DNA from: a virus
Virus record (IMG/VR): IMGVR_UViG_3300036817_000162
Length of the DNA stretch: 64,000 bases
Reading direction: 5' to 3' (one strand)
Part shown: one piece after another, positions 37,246 through 46,751 of the stretch
Layout: every line of letters starts with the position of its first letter
Numbering within the stretch: position 1 is the stretch's first letter
Translations under genes and position numbers: made by a program
Notes under the pieces: model-generated
Databases searched by the model: none
What the model saw: only the letters and a program-made list of their open reading frames with translations
Told to the model about the DNA's origin: nothing

Positions 37246-37682
37246 GCTACGCAGAGCTGCAAGCGGTAGTCAACGGCGCGTTCTACCGGCTCGGCTGGAA
37301 GTTCCTCCTGCTGACCGGCGCCACCATGAACATGGGCCCCGTCGACACCGCCCACGGGATCGGCCACGCACTGAAGACCACAGGCAGCCAGCAGGTGCTG
37401 GTGCCGCCGGTGCACCTGGTCATCGCCGCGTACGTGCCCGACTCAGGTAACCCGCAGCGGCTGATCCCCGTGCAGCACCTGTTCCACGTCCCCGACACCG
37501 AGTACCCCGGCGAGTGGGACCGCTGGCTGCTGGAGCGGATCGCGGACGTGGAACGCCACGAGCGGTGCGAGCTGTTCCAGGTCCACGGCACCCGCCCGTT
37601 CTACCCGGACCACGGGCCCGACGCAGACCTCTACACGGTGCACCGCCGGATGACCCCGGCATCAGGAGGCGAGCAGAGTTGA
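37242..37682 (+). CDS. hypothetical protein
   Basis: ATGA coupled; VE.HE.CE.F.V.G.RPF.P.HG. Confidence 0.7.
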   Translation: MSYAELQAVVNGAFYRLGWKFLLLTGATMNMGPVDTAHGIGHALKTTGSQQVLVPPVHLVIAAYVPDSGNPQRLIPVQHLFHVPDTEYPGEWDRWLLERIADVERHERCELFQVHGTRPFYPDHGPDADLYTVHRRMTPASGGEQS

Positions 37683-37924
37683 CGAAGACGTTCTGCGACA
37701 GGTGCGGCGGCGAATGCCAGAACTACACCGCCAGCCTGTACGGAAACATCACCCACACCACCGGCAAGGGCGAGATCGTAGCCGAGGAGAGCATCGAGCA
37801 GATCCAGTTCTGCCACGCCTGCCTCGACGCGGCTGCCGCCGCCCTCGGCCTCACCATCCGGGCCAGCCATTACGGGATGGAAGACCGCCCGGTGATGGAC
37901 GCGGAACTGCGGTCGCACCCGTGA
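37679..37924 (+). CDS. zinc-ribbon protein
   Basis: TTG start; FCDRCG...FCHAC. Confidence 0.6.
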   Translation: MTKTFCDRCGGECQNYTASLYGNITHTTGKGEIVAEESIEQIQFCHACLDAAAAALGLTIRASHYGMEDRPVMDAELRSHP

Positions 37925-38367
37925 GCTGGCTCATCGCCCCGCCCGGCACCCGCATCGGCGAACCCGGATGGCAGCCGCTGCCACCTGGGATCACCTTGAA
38001 CTGGGACGCCTACGGCGGCCATCCGGACCTCGCGGTCCAGCAGGTGCTGTGCCCGCTGAGCGCACGCCCGTGCGAGCGTGACTGCGAGGACTCCCCCGGC
38101 GCCCCGCAGCTCGCCGGGCTGTGCGAACGCCTTGGCTTCACCCCGATGACCCGCATCCTGAGGAGCACCGGCCTGCCGTTCCAGGTACCGGATCCGGTGC
38201 GCGGCGGCACGTTCCTCTACTGCCCGTGGAACGAGCGCGAGGTGCTGAGTGGCGGACGGGTCAGCCATCACTTCTGCGGCATCAAGCGCGTCGGGTGGGC
38301 GACCGGATCACGGTTCCGTACCCTGAAGGCGTACCAGCGGCACTGGCGAAAGCAGCACGGGAGGTAA
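37921..38367 (+). CDS. Cys-rich hypothetical protein
   Basis: GTGA coupled. Confidence 0.5.
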   Translation: MSWLIAPPGTRIGEPGWQPLPPGITLNWDAYGGHPDLAVQQVLCPLSARPCERDCEDSPGAPQLAGLCERLGFTPMTRILRSTGLPFQVPDPVRGGTFLYCPWNEREVLSGGRVSHHFCGIKRVGWATGSRFRTLKAYQRHWRKQHGR

Positions 38368-38371
38368 GCCA

Positions 38372-38725
38372 GTGGAGCACGTCACCGCGCTCGGCTACGA
38401 TCCTGCCGACATGTACTACTCCGGCAGCTGCTCATGCGGCGAGGACCACCGGATGTTCACCTGGGGCCACGCCCTCGCCTGGCGGAACCTCCACGACCCC
38501 GCCAATGCCAGGCCGCAGGACGGCCCGTACCCGTCCTGGCACATTCCCGGGCTGTGCCACAACAGCGCCGCGCTCCGCGCCCGGCACGAGCCGCGCCCGA
38601 GCGAATACTGGCACCTCGCACCCAACGGCTACTGGTTCGCGCACTGCGCCGGATGCTGCGCCACAGCCCGCCAGCTCGGCACCGAGGAACCGTGCCTGGC
38701 CCCGCTCCGGGTGTGCACCGCATGA
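38372..38725 (+). CDS. Cys/His-rich hypothetical protein
   Basis: GGAGG RBS; CSCG, HCAGC. Confidence 0.55.
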   Translation: MEHVTALGYDPADMYYSGSCSCGEDHRMFTWGHALAWRNLHDPANARPQDGPYPSWHIPGLCHNSAALRARHEPRPSEYWHLAPNGYWFAHCAGCCATARQLGTEEPCLAPLRVCTA

Positions 38726-38998
38726 CCCCCAACGTTCGTTGGAGCGTGACCGCCAACCTCCAACTAAAACGGCGTTTCGTTGGAGGTTCCGCGTGACCAG
38801 CCAAGGTGCCCGGACGACCGGGATGGACACGATCGGGTGGATGATCGCGAACATCCACCAGCTCCTCGGCCACGAAAAGGCGGCCATGGCCCTCGGCGTG
38901 CCCGTCGGCGACAAGGACACCTGCCTGATCTGCGCCTACGAGGTCGACCCGACAGACGAGCGTAAGCAGGCAGTCATCGACGCGATCGGGACAGTGGC

Positions 38999-39199
38999 GT
39001 GAGCGCGATACAGCCGGACGAGGGACGCTGGCACATCGCGGGGCCGCCACACGACAGCCTCCTCCACATGCACACCCACGACGACCGCGAGCCGTCCGCC
39101 GTGCCGCACAGCCACCCGCACCAGGCGGTACCGCTCGACGCGCTGCACGAGCACCCGCACCGGCACCTGTACGACCTGCCCGCCCTGGAACCCGGATGA
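38999..39199 (+). CDS. His-rich small protein
   Basis: H.H.H repeats; GTGA/ATGA coupled. Confidence 0.55.
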   Translation: MSAIQPDEGRWHIAGPPHDSLLHMHTHDDREPSAVPHSHPHQAVPLDALHEHPHRHLYDLPALEPG

Positions 39200-39405
39200 A
39201 GTACCGTGTCACCGGCGACGACGACACCCTGTGGGAGCAGGCTAAGGCGTTCAGCGGGGCCGACTGGATCGGCTGGCAGGGTGAGGGCGACGGCCGGAGC
39301 ACCTACCTCGTCGATGTCCCGGCGTGCCTCGCCGGCGGGTTCACCCACCGGATGACCGCCGCCGGGCTGGAAGTCACACCGCACCCGGACGGCGCTCCCG
39401 GGTGA
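39196..39405 (+). CDS. small hypothetical protein
   Basis: ATGA coupled. Confidence 0.55.
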   Translation: MKYRVTGDDDTLWEQAKAFSGADWIGWQGEGDGRSTYLVDVPACLAGGFTHRMTAAGLEVTPHPDGAPG

Positions 39406-39419
39406 TCCCTCTCGCACTG

Positions 39420-39438
39420 CACACATGTGTGATATAGT
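39420..39438 (+). promoter_or_regulatory. palindrome-promoter copy 11
   Basis: CACACATGTGTGA-TATAGT. Confidence 0.8.
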
Positions 39439-39466
39439 TGGAGCTGAGAGGGAGAGAGGGCAGGCA

Positions 39467-39709
39467 ATGACCAGCACCAGCGCCGAGCAGCACAGCAGGA
39501 AAACCATCTGGGACGCACTCACCGAGCGCGGGTTCGACCCCGGCTACCAGGAAGTTCTGGTAGTCACGGCAGGCGTCCAGGGTGAGCACTGGAGCTGGAC
39601 CGGAGACGGCAGCGACAGGAGGCACGTCCACCTCACGGCCGACGAGAACGCCGAGAACTACACCCTGCGGGACGCGGGCCCCGAATGCCCCCACCCAGAT
39701 GACGAGTGA
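39467..39709 (+). CDS. hypothetical protein
   Basis: GAGAGAGGG RBS. Confidence 0.6.
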   Translation: MTSTSAEQHSRKTIWDALTERGFDPGYQEVLVVTAGVQGEHWSWTGDGSDRRHVHLTADENAENYTLRDAGPECPHPDDE

Positions 39710-40574
39710 CCTCCAGGAGCAGGAAGACACCCAGGACGGGCAGATACCCGGCCTGGGCATCCTCGACATCCTGCTCCACGAGTCCAGCCAGATCTACCAG
39801 GACGCAGTCGCCGAGGCCACATCCGGCGGCCACCGGCTCGCCGCCACCGTCACCATGTTCTCCGGCGGAAACGACTCCATCATCGCCAGCCACCTTTTCC
39901 GCGACCGCGCCGACTACGCGGGCATGTGCAACACCGGCATAGGCATTGAGAAAACCCGCCAGTTCGTCCGCGACACCTGCCAGCAGTGGGGGCTGCCGCT
40001 CATCGAGAAGCACCCACGCCCTGGGCGCACCTACCGGGACATGGTGCTCGGGAAGATGATCAGCACCCGGGGCAAGAGCAAGGGCAAGCCGGTCACCGTC
40101 GGTTTCCCCAACCAGTTCACCCACGGCGTCATGTACCACTGGCTGAAGGAACGCCAGATGAAGGACATCCGGGCTGACCTGGTGACCGGCCCCAATGACC
40201 GGGTGATCTTCATCAGCGGCGTCCGCAAGCCGGAAAGCGCGAAACGCAAGCGCACCGCACAGGCAGTGCACCGCGACGGGTCGATCGTCTGGTGCTCCCC
40301 GCTGATCAACTGGGCCAAGGTTGACCTGAACGCCTACCGCAGGCGGTTCCCCGGCGTCCCCAGCAACGAGGTAGCCGACTGCCTGCACATGTCAGGCGAG
40401 TGCCTGTGCGGTTCCAACGCGAAAGCAGGCGAGCTGGACGAAGTCGGGTTCTGGTTCCCGGAGGTGGCCGCCGAGATCCGCGCGCTTGAGGAGGAGGCGC
40501 GCTCACTCGGGATCGAGCGGTGCACCTGGGGTGGCGGCAGCGGCTCACCCTGCGCGGGCATCTGCAACCTGTGA
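39699..40574 (+). CDS. PAPS-reductase-family (PP-loop) protein
   Basis: FSGGNDS, NTGIG, GVRKPES.KR, SPLINW, SGECLCG and terminal Cys cluster. Confidence 0.85.
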   Translation: MTSDLQEQEDTQDGQIPGLGILDILLHESSQIYQDAVAEATSGGHRLAATVTMFSGGNDSIIASHLFRDRADYAGMCNTGIGIEKTRQFVRDTCQQWGLPLIEKHPRPGRTYRDMVLGKMISTRGKSKGKPVTVGFPNQFTHGVMYHWLKERQMKDIRADLVTGPNDRVIFISGVRKPESAKRKRTAQAVHRDGSIVWCSPLINWAKVDLNAYRRRFPGVPSNEVADCLHMSGECLCGSNAKAGELDEVGFWFPEVAAEIRALEEEARSLGIERCTWGGGSGSPCAGICNL

Positions 40575-40772
40575 CGCGGCGACCTGCCGTTCCAGCTCCG
40601 CGATCCGCTGCGCCCGCCGGCTCAGCTCCAGACCGCACGGTGAGCCCGGCATCGCGTCCTCCGGGCACAGCACCCCCTCCTCGGTCAGACCCTGGATGAT
40701 CCGGGTCGCTTCGCCCAGGGTGAACCCCAGGCTCTCGATCACGATCCTGGCCCGGTCGTACACGTCGGTCAT
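40545..40772 (-). CDS. small hypothetical protein, opposite strand
   Basis: AGGAGG RBS before ATG 40772. Confidence 0.5.
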   Translation of the reverse strand: MTDVYDRARIVIESLGFTLGEATRIIQGLTEEGVLCPEDAMPGSPCGLELSRRAQRIAELERQVAASQVADARAG

Positions 40773-40818
40773 GCTGATAGCCTCCTAGCCTGCGCCCCCA
40801 GCCCGCTAGGGGTGCCCT

Positions 40819-42444
40819 GTGACCATCGCACCGGATGCAGCCGACCTCGCGATGCTCAGCGACTTCGAGCAGCGGCTGGAGTCCGCTCCGGAGGACCCGC
40901 GTACCGCCTGGGGGAAAACCGCCCGCCCCGAGCAGCTGCTGCCACCGGGAACCGGATGGCGTGTCTGCTACTTCCAGGGCGGCCGGGGCGCCGGCAAGAA
41001 CGCCGCCTGCTCCAACGCCCTAGCCGAATGGGTCCTCGGCGACACCGACGGCGAAGGCGAGTACGGGGTCATCGCCCCCACCTACGCTGACGCGTGGACA
41101 AAGTGCATCGAGGGCAAGAGCGGCCTGCTGAGGGCCCTGGGAACCTCGATGGGCGAGATCAAGGACCACCGCTCAGCGACGGTCAAGGGCGCCTGGCGCA
41201 CCTACGGGCAGGTGATGCTCCGCAACGGCATCGTCGTCTACGTCGACAGCGCCGCCGAGGGCGGCCTGCGGGTCCAGGGCCGCAACCTGAAAGGCGCCTG
41301 GTGCTCCGAGATCGGCCTGTGGGACAAGTGGGAGACCGCATGGAAGGAATCGGTCGTCTACGCGGTCCGCGACGGCAAAAGCCAGATCATCGTGGACGGC
41401 ACCCCCAAGGCCAGCCGCAAGGCCCGCAAGCTGATCCGCTCGTTCATCCGCGACGACCCCGAGCACGGCGGCGTCATCATCCGCAAGCTCCGCACCCGCG
41501 ACAACATCGCCAACCTGAGTGAGGCGTTCGTCCGCGCTGTCATCGGCGGGTTCCGTGGCACCCGCCTTGAACAGCAGGAACTCGAAGGTGAACTCCTCGA
41601 CGACGTCGCCAACGCCCTGTGGACCCGTGACCTCCTCGACTCAGTCAAGGTCCCCGGCGTCGGCCAGCCCGGCGGCCCCCCGTACCTGCTCAAGACCTAC
41701 ATCGGCGTCGACCCCTCCGACGGGTCCGAGGACAGCGACGAGCAGGCGTACACCGTTATCGGGAAGGGCGCACCCGAGGACAAGCACCTCTATGTCGCGG
41801 AGAACTGGGGCGGCCAGGAATCCCCCGCCCCGTTCGCCAAGCGCGTCATCCGGAAGGCAGCCGAGTGGAACGCGACCGTCATCGTGGAGAAGAACCACGG
41901 CGGCAAGTGGCTCAAGGAAGTCTTCACCCAGGCGCAAAAGGACATGGGCACCCACGTCCGCGTCGAGATGGTCCACGCCAGCGACGCGAAGCGGGCCCGC
42001 GCCGAACCTGTCGCCGTCATGTACGACCGGGTCAGCCCGGATGGCAGGCCCCTGGTGCTGCACTGCCACCGCACCTGGACCGACGACGAGGGCCACCTGA
42101 AGGTCGACGAGCACATGCCCGAGCTGGAAGACGCCATGGCCACGTTCACCGGCGCCCAGGGCGAGAAGTCCCCCGACCGCCTCGACAGCCTCGTCTGGGG
42201 CGCCTCGAAGTTCCTCCGCGAAACCTACGGGCCACCCGGACTGCCCGGCAAGCGCGAATGGGCCGGCGCCCAGGATCTCGCCAACCTCGGCCTGAGCGAG
42301 GAAACGAAGGCGGCCCGCCGGATGCGGGAAATCCAGCAACGGCAGGACACCGGCGCCGACGCCCCGTGGGACCTAGACGGCTTCGCGCCGAGCGACGACC
42401 AGGAGCTGCTGAGCCGCCGCAACAACGTCCGCAGCTGGCGGTAA
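40819..42444 (+). CDS. terL: terminase large subunit
   Basis: GGRGAGK, IAPTY, LRTRDN..NL, QELEGELL, IGVDPS, EKNHGG, SPDRLDSLVWG. Confidence 0.92.
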   Translation: MTIAPDAADLAMLSDFEQRLESAPEDPRTAWGKTARPEQLLPPGTGWRVCYFQGGRGAGKNAACSNALAEWVLGDTDGEGEYGVIAPTYADAWTKCIEGKSGLLRALGTSMGEIKDHRSATVKGAWRTYGQVMLRNGIVVYVDSAAEGGLRVQGRNLKGAWCSEIGLWDKWETAWKESVVYAVRDGKSQIIVDGTPKASRKARKLIRSFIRDDPEHGGVIIRKLRTRDNIANLSEAFVRAVIGGFRGTRLEQQELEGELLDDVANALWTRDLLDSVKVPGVGQPGGPPYLLKTYIGVDPSDGSEDSDEQAYTVIGKGAPEDKHLYVAENWGGQESPAPFAKRVIRKAAEWNATVIVEKNHGGKWLKEVFTQAQKDMGTHVRVEMVHASDAKRARAEPVAVMYDRVSPDGRPLVLHCHRTWTDDEGHLKVDEHMPELEDAMATFTGAQGEKSPDRLDSLVWGASKFLRETYGPPGLPGKREWAGAQDLANLGLSEETKAARRMREIQQRQDTGADAPWDLDGFAPSDDQELLSRRNNVRSWR

Positions 42445-42454
42445 CCTCAGCCGG

Positions 42455-42661
42455 GTGACCGCCCAGGAACGCGCCGAGTCAGCCGCCCGCGACCTGACCC
42501 GCGCCGTCACTGACCTGTGCGCCGAGCGGTACGGCGACGAGTTCAGGGCAGGCGACTACGCGGTGATCATCCGGGCTGTGGTCGGGGCGGACGGGCACAT
42601 CACCTTCACCTGGGACTGGTTCTGGAAGCCTGACAGCGGCGGCGGGGGCGGCAGCGGCTAA
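42455..42661 (+). CDS. small hypothetical protein
   Basis: directly after TerL. Confidence 0.45.
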   Translation: MTAQERAESAARDLTRAVTDLCAERYGDEFRAGDYAVIIRAVVGADGHITFTWDWFWKPDSGGGGGSG

Positions 42662-42862
42662 CCGGGCGTGGTGCGGGCAGTCCGCCGCCGTGGTCAGGCG
42701 CACCCAGCCGTGCCCGTACTCCTTGCCGAGACTCTTCCACGCGTAGTCGCACGTGCACCTGTCGTCCTTGTAGACGTAGGTGATCCACCGCCGCAGGCCC
42801 TCGTCTTCACTGACTAGCATCCCGCTGCCCCGGAATCGGCGCGGTCGGCGTCATCATGGCGC

Positions 42863-43195
42863 TCATTCGGGCTGACTCGCGGACATGAGGCCGGCAACGA
42901 CCTGCGCCCAGTCCCAGTTCCCGTCCAGTGTCGTGGTCGATACCTCGCCGCACCCGGTGCACCTCTGGAGCACGATGGTCTGGTCTTTCTCGGGGCGCCG
43001 CTGGATGCCCCGGGCGACCTGCTGGTGCACGTGGGGGTGCGCGTCGTCGTCACCCTGGAGGTTTTCCCATGCGGTGATCGCCGCCGCGAGCCCGTGGCGC
43101 CAGGCTTGCCGGGTGTTGTTGCCCTCGCTGGCGGGCGGGTTCTCGAACAGCGCGTTGAGCACGGCGTCCGGTATGTCAGCTGCTGATACGTTCAT
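42863..43195 (-). CDS. hypothetical protein with CxxC
   Basis: ATG 8 nt after TACACT of palindrome-promoter (near leaderless). Confidence 0.6.
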   Translation of the reverse strand: MNVSAADIPDAVLNALFENPPASEGNNTRQAWRHGLAAAITAWENLQGDDDAHPHVHQQVARGIQRRPEKDQTIVLQRCTGCGEVSTTTLDGNWDWAQVVAGLMSASQPE

Positions 43196-43202
43196 GCCCG
43201 CC

Positions 43203-43225
43203 AGTGTACGTCACACATGGGTGAG
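43203..43225 (-). promoter_or_regulatory. palindrome-promoter copy 12 (one mismatch)
   Basis: minus strand CTCACCCATGTGTG-ACG-TACACT. Confidence 0.65.
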
Positions 43226-43236
43226 GTAGCGGGGAT

Positions 43237-43545
43237 TCAGAGGCGCCCGCCGAGCAGGACGTGCTCGGTGACGATCACCAGCCGGAACGTCCCACGGTCC
43301 AGGGCCGCGTCCACCTTCACAGGTACCCCGACAGCCTCCTCCAGCACGCCGCCGCCGGTCACCGGCCAGTCAGCCGACCAGGGATCGGCCAGGACCAGCT
43401 GGTAGGCGGCCGGGTGCAGCTCCAGGCGCAGCCCGTCCGGCAGCGACCCGGCCCGCTGCGGCCACAGCGGGCCGTAGTGCTCGTTCAGGTACCCGCGCAC
43501 CGCGTACTGGAGCGCCCTGGCGGGGCTGAGCTGCTGCTGTTCCAT
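43237..43545 (-). CDS. hypothetical protein
   Basis: ATG 43545; divergent from long-form promoter. Confidence 0.55.
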   Translation of the reverse strand: MEQQQLSPARALQYAVRGYLNEHYGPLWPQRAGSLPDGLRLELHPAAYQLVLADPWSADWPVTGGGVLEEAVGVPVKVDAALDRGTFRLVIVTEHVLLGGRL

Positions 43546-43578
43546 GGCTGCGGAGCCTAGCAGCCGCCCCCGCCAACT

Positions 43579-43609
43579 GGAATACCACCTCACACATGTG
43601 TGTTATAGT
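43579..43609 (+). promoter_or_regulatory. palindrome-promoter copy 13 (31-bp long form, inverted)
   Basis: GGAATACCACCTCACACATGTGTGTTATAGT, one mismatch to reverse complement of 16822-16852. Confidence 0.8.
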
Positions 43610-43636
43610 AACCGTACGCGAGAGAGAGGGAACCGG

Positions 43637-44029
43637 ATGACCAAGCTGAGCTGGTACCAGGTCACCTACCAGGGCAAGCCCGAAAACAGCCCCTGGGGCC
43701 AACTGTGGCTCCTGGAAGACGGGCGCAGGGCAGAGCTGGAGCCCCAGCTGACCCCGCTCGGCACCACCCTGGAGCCCGTGGACCCCCCCGAGAACGCCAC
43801 CTTGACCGACCAGGTCAAGGCATACGCCCGGGGCCACTACGACACCGGCGGCTGGGACTACGTCGTCGAAGCCATAAGCGACGACGAGATCATCCCGCTG
43901 CTGGAGTACCTGCCGGACGACGGCACGATCCTGGGCCGCAGCTGCCTCACCATGGGCGAGGTGCTGGAGAACAGCCTCCTGCCCACGGTCATTAGCAGGT
44001 GGGCCGACGCCCGCAACGACGCCTTCTGA
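43637..44029 (+). CDS. hypothetical protein
   Basis: GAGAGAGAGGG RBS; YA..HY..GGWD.VVE. Confidence 0.7.
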   Translation: MTKLSWYQVTYQGKPENSPWGQLWLLEDGRRAELEPQLTPLGTTLEPVDPPENATLTDQVKAYARGHYDTGGWDYVVEAISDDEIIPLLEYLPDDGTILGRSCLTMGEVLENSLLPTVISRWADARNDAF

Positions 44030-44047
44030 GAGAAGGGAAACGGGATC

Positions 44048-44491
44048 ATGAGGACCGCCAAGGGCATGGCCATCGACGCGATCGAGGCCGCGCAGGACAA
44101 CCTGATCGTCGCGAGCAAGGCCGGGCAGGTCGACGAGGCGCTGTTCAGCGATGTCTTCGACAGCCTGCTGGCCGCCAAGGTCAAGCTGGTCAACGCCCCG
44201 CTCCCGGCGGAGTTCGGCCGCCCGGCAGGCACGACAGCGGCCGAGGCCGCCCGCCCCGGTGAACTATCGGTGATCATCCGGCAGTGCGAGAGCTGCCACC
44301 AGCGCCACAACATCCTGGAGCCCTGCCCCGAGACGCGGACATGCCGCCGCTGCCGGCTCCCGATCGAGCCGATCGCCAGCACGTGGGTCGTAACGGGCAC
44401 CGGGACGACCGCCGACGGGCTCAGCTACTGCCCGCCTAACCCGGATGCCGCCAGTCACGGTGTGCACCGCCCAGCAGGGAACTCCGCCTGA
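44048..44491 (+). CDS. hypothetical protein with Cys pairs
   Basis: GAAGGG RBS. Confidence 0.6.
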   Translation: MRTAKGMAIDAIEAAQDNLIVASKAGQVDEALFSDVFDSLLAAKVKLVNAPLPAEFGRPAGTTAAEAARPGELSVIIRQCESCHQRHNILEPCPETRTCRRCRLPIEPIASTWVVTGTGTTADGLSYCPPNPDAASHGVHRPAGNSA

Positions 44492-44535
44492 TCGAGCAGG
44501 GCGAACTGTTTTAAGCCGAGAGAGGGAGAAACCGA

Positions 44536-44940
44536 ATGGCCACCGAGGTAAGACGGGACGGCGAGGTCCGCAAGACGTACGACAGCGGCAACCAGGCCGA
44601 GGACGAGAATTCCGCGTTCCACTGGCTGCTGAAGCACCAGGGCCAGTCCGTCGAATGGGCGCTCAGGTACGAGGGCTGGTCGTTCGCCGAGAGCCCGTCA
44701 TCAGCAGAGCCGCGCGTCTCGGTCATCCACCAGGGACTGAACGGCGGGGAGCGCACCTACAAGCTGCTGTTCAGCGAGGACCCCGAGCAGAAGCTAGGCC
44801 CGTTCGCGTCCGACGAGGCGGTAGCCCACCTCCAGCGCCTGACCCAGCTGGGACCGGAGGCCGCCGACAGCCTCGTGGGCACCGCCGTCGTCGACCGGAT
44901 GGCCACGCGCCGGCTCAGCGAGGAAACCGCCCGTGGATGA
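44536..44940 (+). CDS. hypothetical protein
   Basis: GAGAGAGGGAG RBS; F.WLL.HQGQSV.WAL.YEGW. Confidence 0.7.
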   Translation: MATEVRRDGEVRKTYDSGNQAEDENSAFHWLLKHQGQSVEWALRYEGWSFAESPSSAEPRVSVIHQGLNGGERTYKLLFSEDPEQKLGPFASDEAVAHLQRLTQLGPEAADSLVGTAVVDRMATRRLSEETARG

Positions 44941-45148
44941 CGTCGCGCCGGAGGAGATCAGTCGCGACGAGGCCGTCAGGATGATCGACGAGTACGGCAT
45001 CTACACGCTGCGAGGCGCTGACATCACCGCGTCCCTGGAGCGCTCCGCTGAAAGGCTCGCCGAGCTGGACGAGGTGCAGCTGGTCACGGTCGCCGAGGGC
45101 ACGATCACCTACGAGGGCGGGGCCTACCGCCTGGACCGGAGTATCTGA
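44933..45148 (+). CDS. small acidic protein
   Basis: coupled. Confidence 0.55.
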   Translation: MDDVAPEEISRDEAVRMIDEYGIYTLRGADITASLERSAERLAELDEVQLVTVAEGTITYEGGAYRLDRSI

Positions 45149-45537
45149 TGTCCGACTACATGGACATGACCGCAGCTGAGCTGGCGGACTGCCTGGAACT
45201 GGCCGCCGGGGTTCCCGGTGACACGGGGGCACTGTTGATGCTCGACGAGGCCACCCTGGCCTACGGCTTCCGTTACGGGAGCATCAACGAGGCGCAGCGG
45301 GCGTTCGGGACCGCCCGCCTGGCCCACATGGGCTCGTACTCGACCGAGCGGGGCGACTACGCGCCCGAGGCGTGGGATGCCGCGATGACCGCCGCCCGCA
45401 ACCTGGCTGCCGTCCTGCGCCCGCTCGGGGACTATGCACTGCCCCGCTGCAAGCGCCCGAGCCTGCACGGCACCTGCAACATGGTCCTGGATGACGCCGG
45501 GGGGAAGTGCCGCTCAACGCTCGGCCACACCGACTAA
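45148..45537 (+). CDS. hypothetical protein
   Basis: TGATG coupling. Confidence 0.6.
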   Translation: MSDYMDMTAAELADCLELAAGVPGDTGALLMLDEATLAYGFRYGSINEAQRAFGTARLAHMGSYSTERGDYAPEAWDAAMTAARNLAAVLRPLGDYALPRCKRPSLHGTCNMVLDDAGGKCRSTLGHTD

Positions 45538-45617
45538 AAAGTCACGCTGCGTACACGGGACTTGGTCTCGGCCCGAGAATTCTCGCACTCGCACCCAGCT
45601 AGAGCATACGGAGAGTA

Positions 45618-45908
45618 ATGACTGAGAGGAAGCGCCGCTCCGACTACGGCCGGAGCCGCCCCAGCGGCACCGGACCCGGGCCCCGGATGCTCGTCATCGC
45701 GCGGTTCATCGCCGCCAACCCAGGCTGCTCCAAGAGCGACGCGGCCCGCTGCGGCACCCACGGGCGCCTCAAGCAGGACTCCGTCGAGCGGCTGATCCGC
45801 CGCCACTTCGTCCACGCCGAGCAAGGCTCCAACGGCCACTACCGGCTGTTCCTGACCGCCGCCGGGGAAGCATTCATCACACCGAGAGAGGACCCTGACC
45901 ATGCCTGA
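45618..45908 (+). CDS. winged-helix-like protein
   Basis: FIAANPGCSKSD...VERLIRRHFV...YRLFLT.AG. Confidence 0.55.
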   Translation: MTERKRRSDYGRSRPSGTGPGPRMLVIARFIAANPGCSKSDAARCGTHGRLKQDSVERLIRRHFVHAEQGSNGHYRLFLTAAGEAFITPREDPDHA

Positions 45909-46230
45909 CTCGCCAGAGCACCGCGCTGACATGCACCGGCTCGCCACCGTTCGCCGCCGTGCCGGGCAGCCCGCCTGGGACCGCACGATCCACCTGGCCG
46001 ACGTGTTCCACAACGAGGCCATGAGCTTCGAGGAGCGCCGCGACGCGATCGTCCGCCGGCTCCGCGACAGCCGGTGGCTGCGGGACGACCACCCGGACGA
46101 GGACGACGTGCTGCGCCTGTTCATCGAGGAACTGTCCGAGACCGGCGACGTTCCCGAGTTCGACCAGGTGTTCAGCGAGGTCTACGACATCGCGGACGTC
46201 GAGCGCGTGTGGATCGACACGATCGGATAG
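45901..46230 (+). CDS. hypothetical protein
   Basis: GAGAGAGG RBS; YD.AD..RVWI. Confidence 0.7.
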   Translation: MPDSPEHRADMHRLATVRRRAGQPAWDRTIHLADVFHNEAMSFEERRDAIVRRLRDSRWLRDDHPDEDDVLRLFIEELSETGDVPEFDQVFSEVYDIADVERVWIDTIG

Positions 46231-46258
46231 GCGGAATGCCACCGCCCGCCTGAGTGTT

Positions 46259-46279
46259 CTCACATGTGAGAGGTACAAA
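46259..46279 (+). promoter_or_regulatory. palindrome-promoter copy 14
   Basis: CTCACATGTGAG-AGG-TACAAA then GAGAGAGGGAG. Confidence 0.65.
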
Positions 46280-46296
46280 CGAGAGAGGGAGACCGA

Positions 46297-46737
46297 ATGG
46301 GCAGCCCGCAGGTACCGGACATCGGCGACACGTTCACCGTCGTCACAACCTGGCAGCACCGCAAGTGGCAGTGGCTGCCGTTCCCCCGGTACGTCACGCG
46401 CGTCATCAAGGACGAGCACTCCTACCGGGTAACCGGCTGGCTCAAGCGACGCGGCCCCCTGCCCGAGCCCACCACCCCCCAAGAGATCCTGGTGCGGTCC
46501 ATCCTCGACCAGGCCCTCGCCGAGAACGGGGTCAAGCGCCAGGGTCACGGCCCCGACAACCTCCCGCTGGAGTTCTGCCTCCGCGACGAAGCCGAGTACG
46601 TCGGCGGGTACGGCGTCGGCGGCACCATCCAGCGGGTCGCCGACGTGACCGTCACCGGCCGGGTCTCCTGGCCCGAGGAGCACATCGCCGAGCAACGTGA
46701 GCACGCGGTCGCCCTGGCAGGCGAGCCGCTGCTGTGA
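46297..46737 (+). CDS. hypothetical protein
   Basis: strong RBS. Confidence 0.7.
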   Translation: MGSPQVPDIGDTFTVVTTWQHRKWQWLPFPRYVTRVIKDEHSYRVTGWLKRRGPLPEPTTPQEILVRSILDQALAENGVKRQGHGPDNLPLEFCLRDEAEYVGGYGVGGTIQRVADVTVTGRVSWPEEHIAEQREHAVALAGEPLL

Positions 46738-46751
46738 GAGAGAGGGAAACC

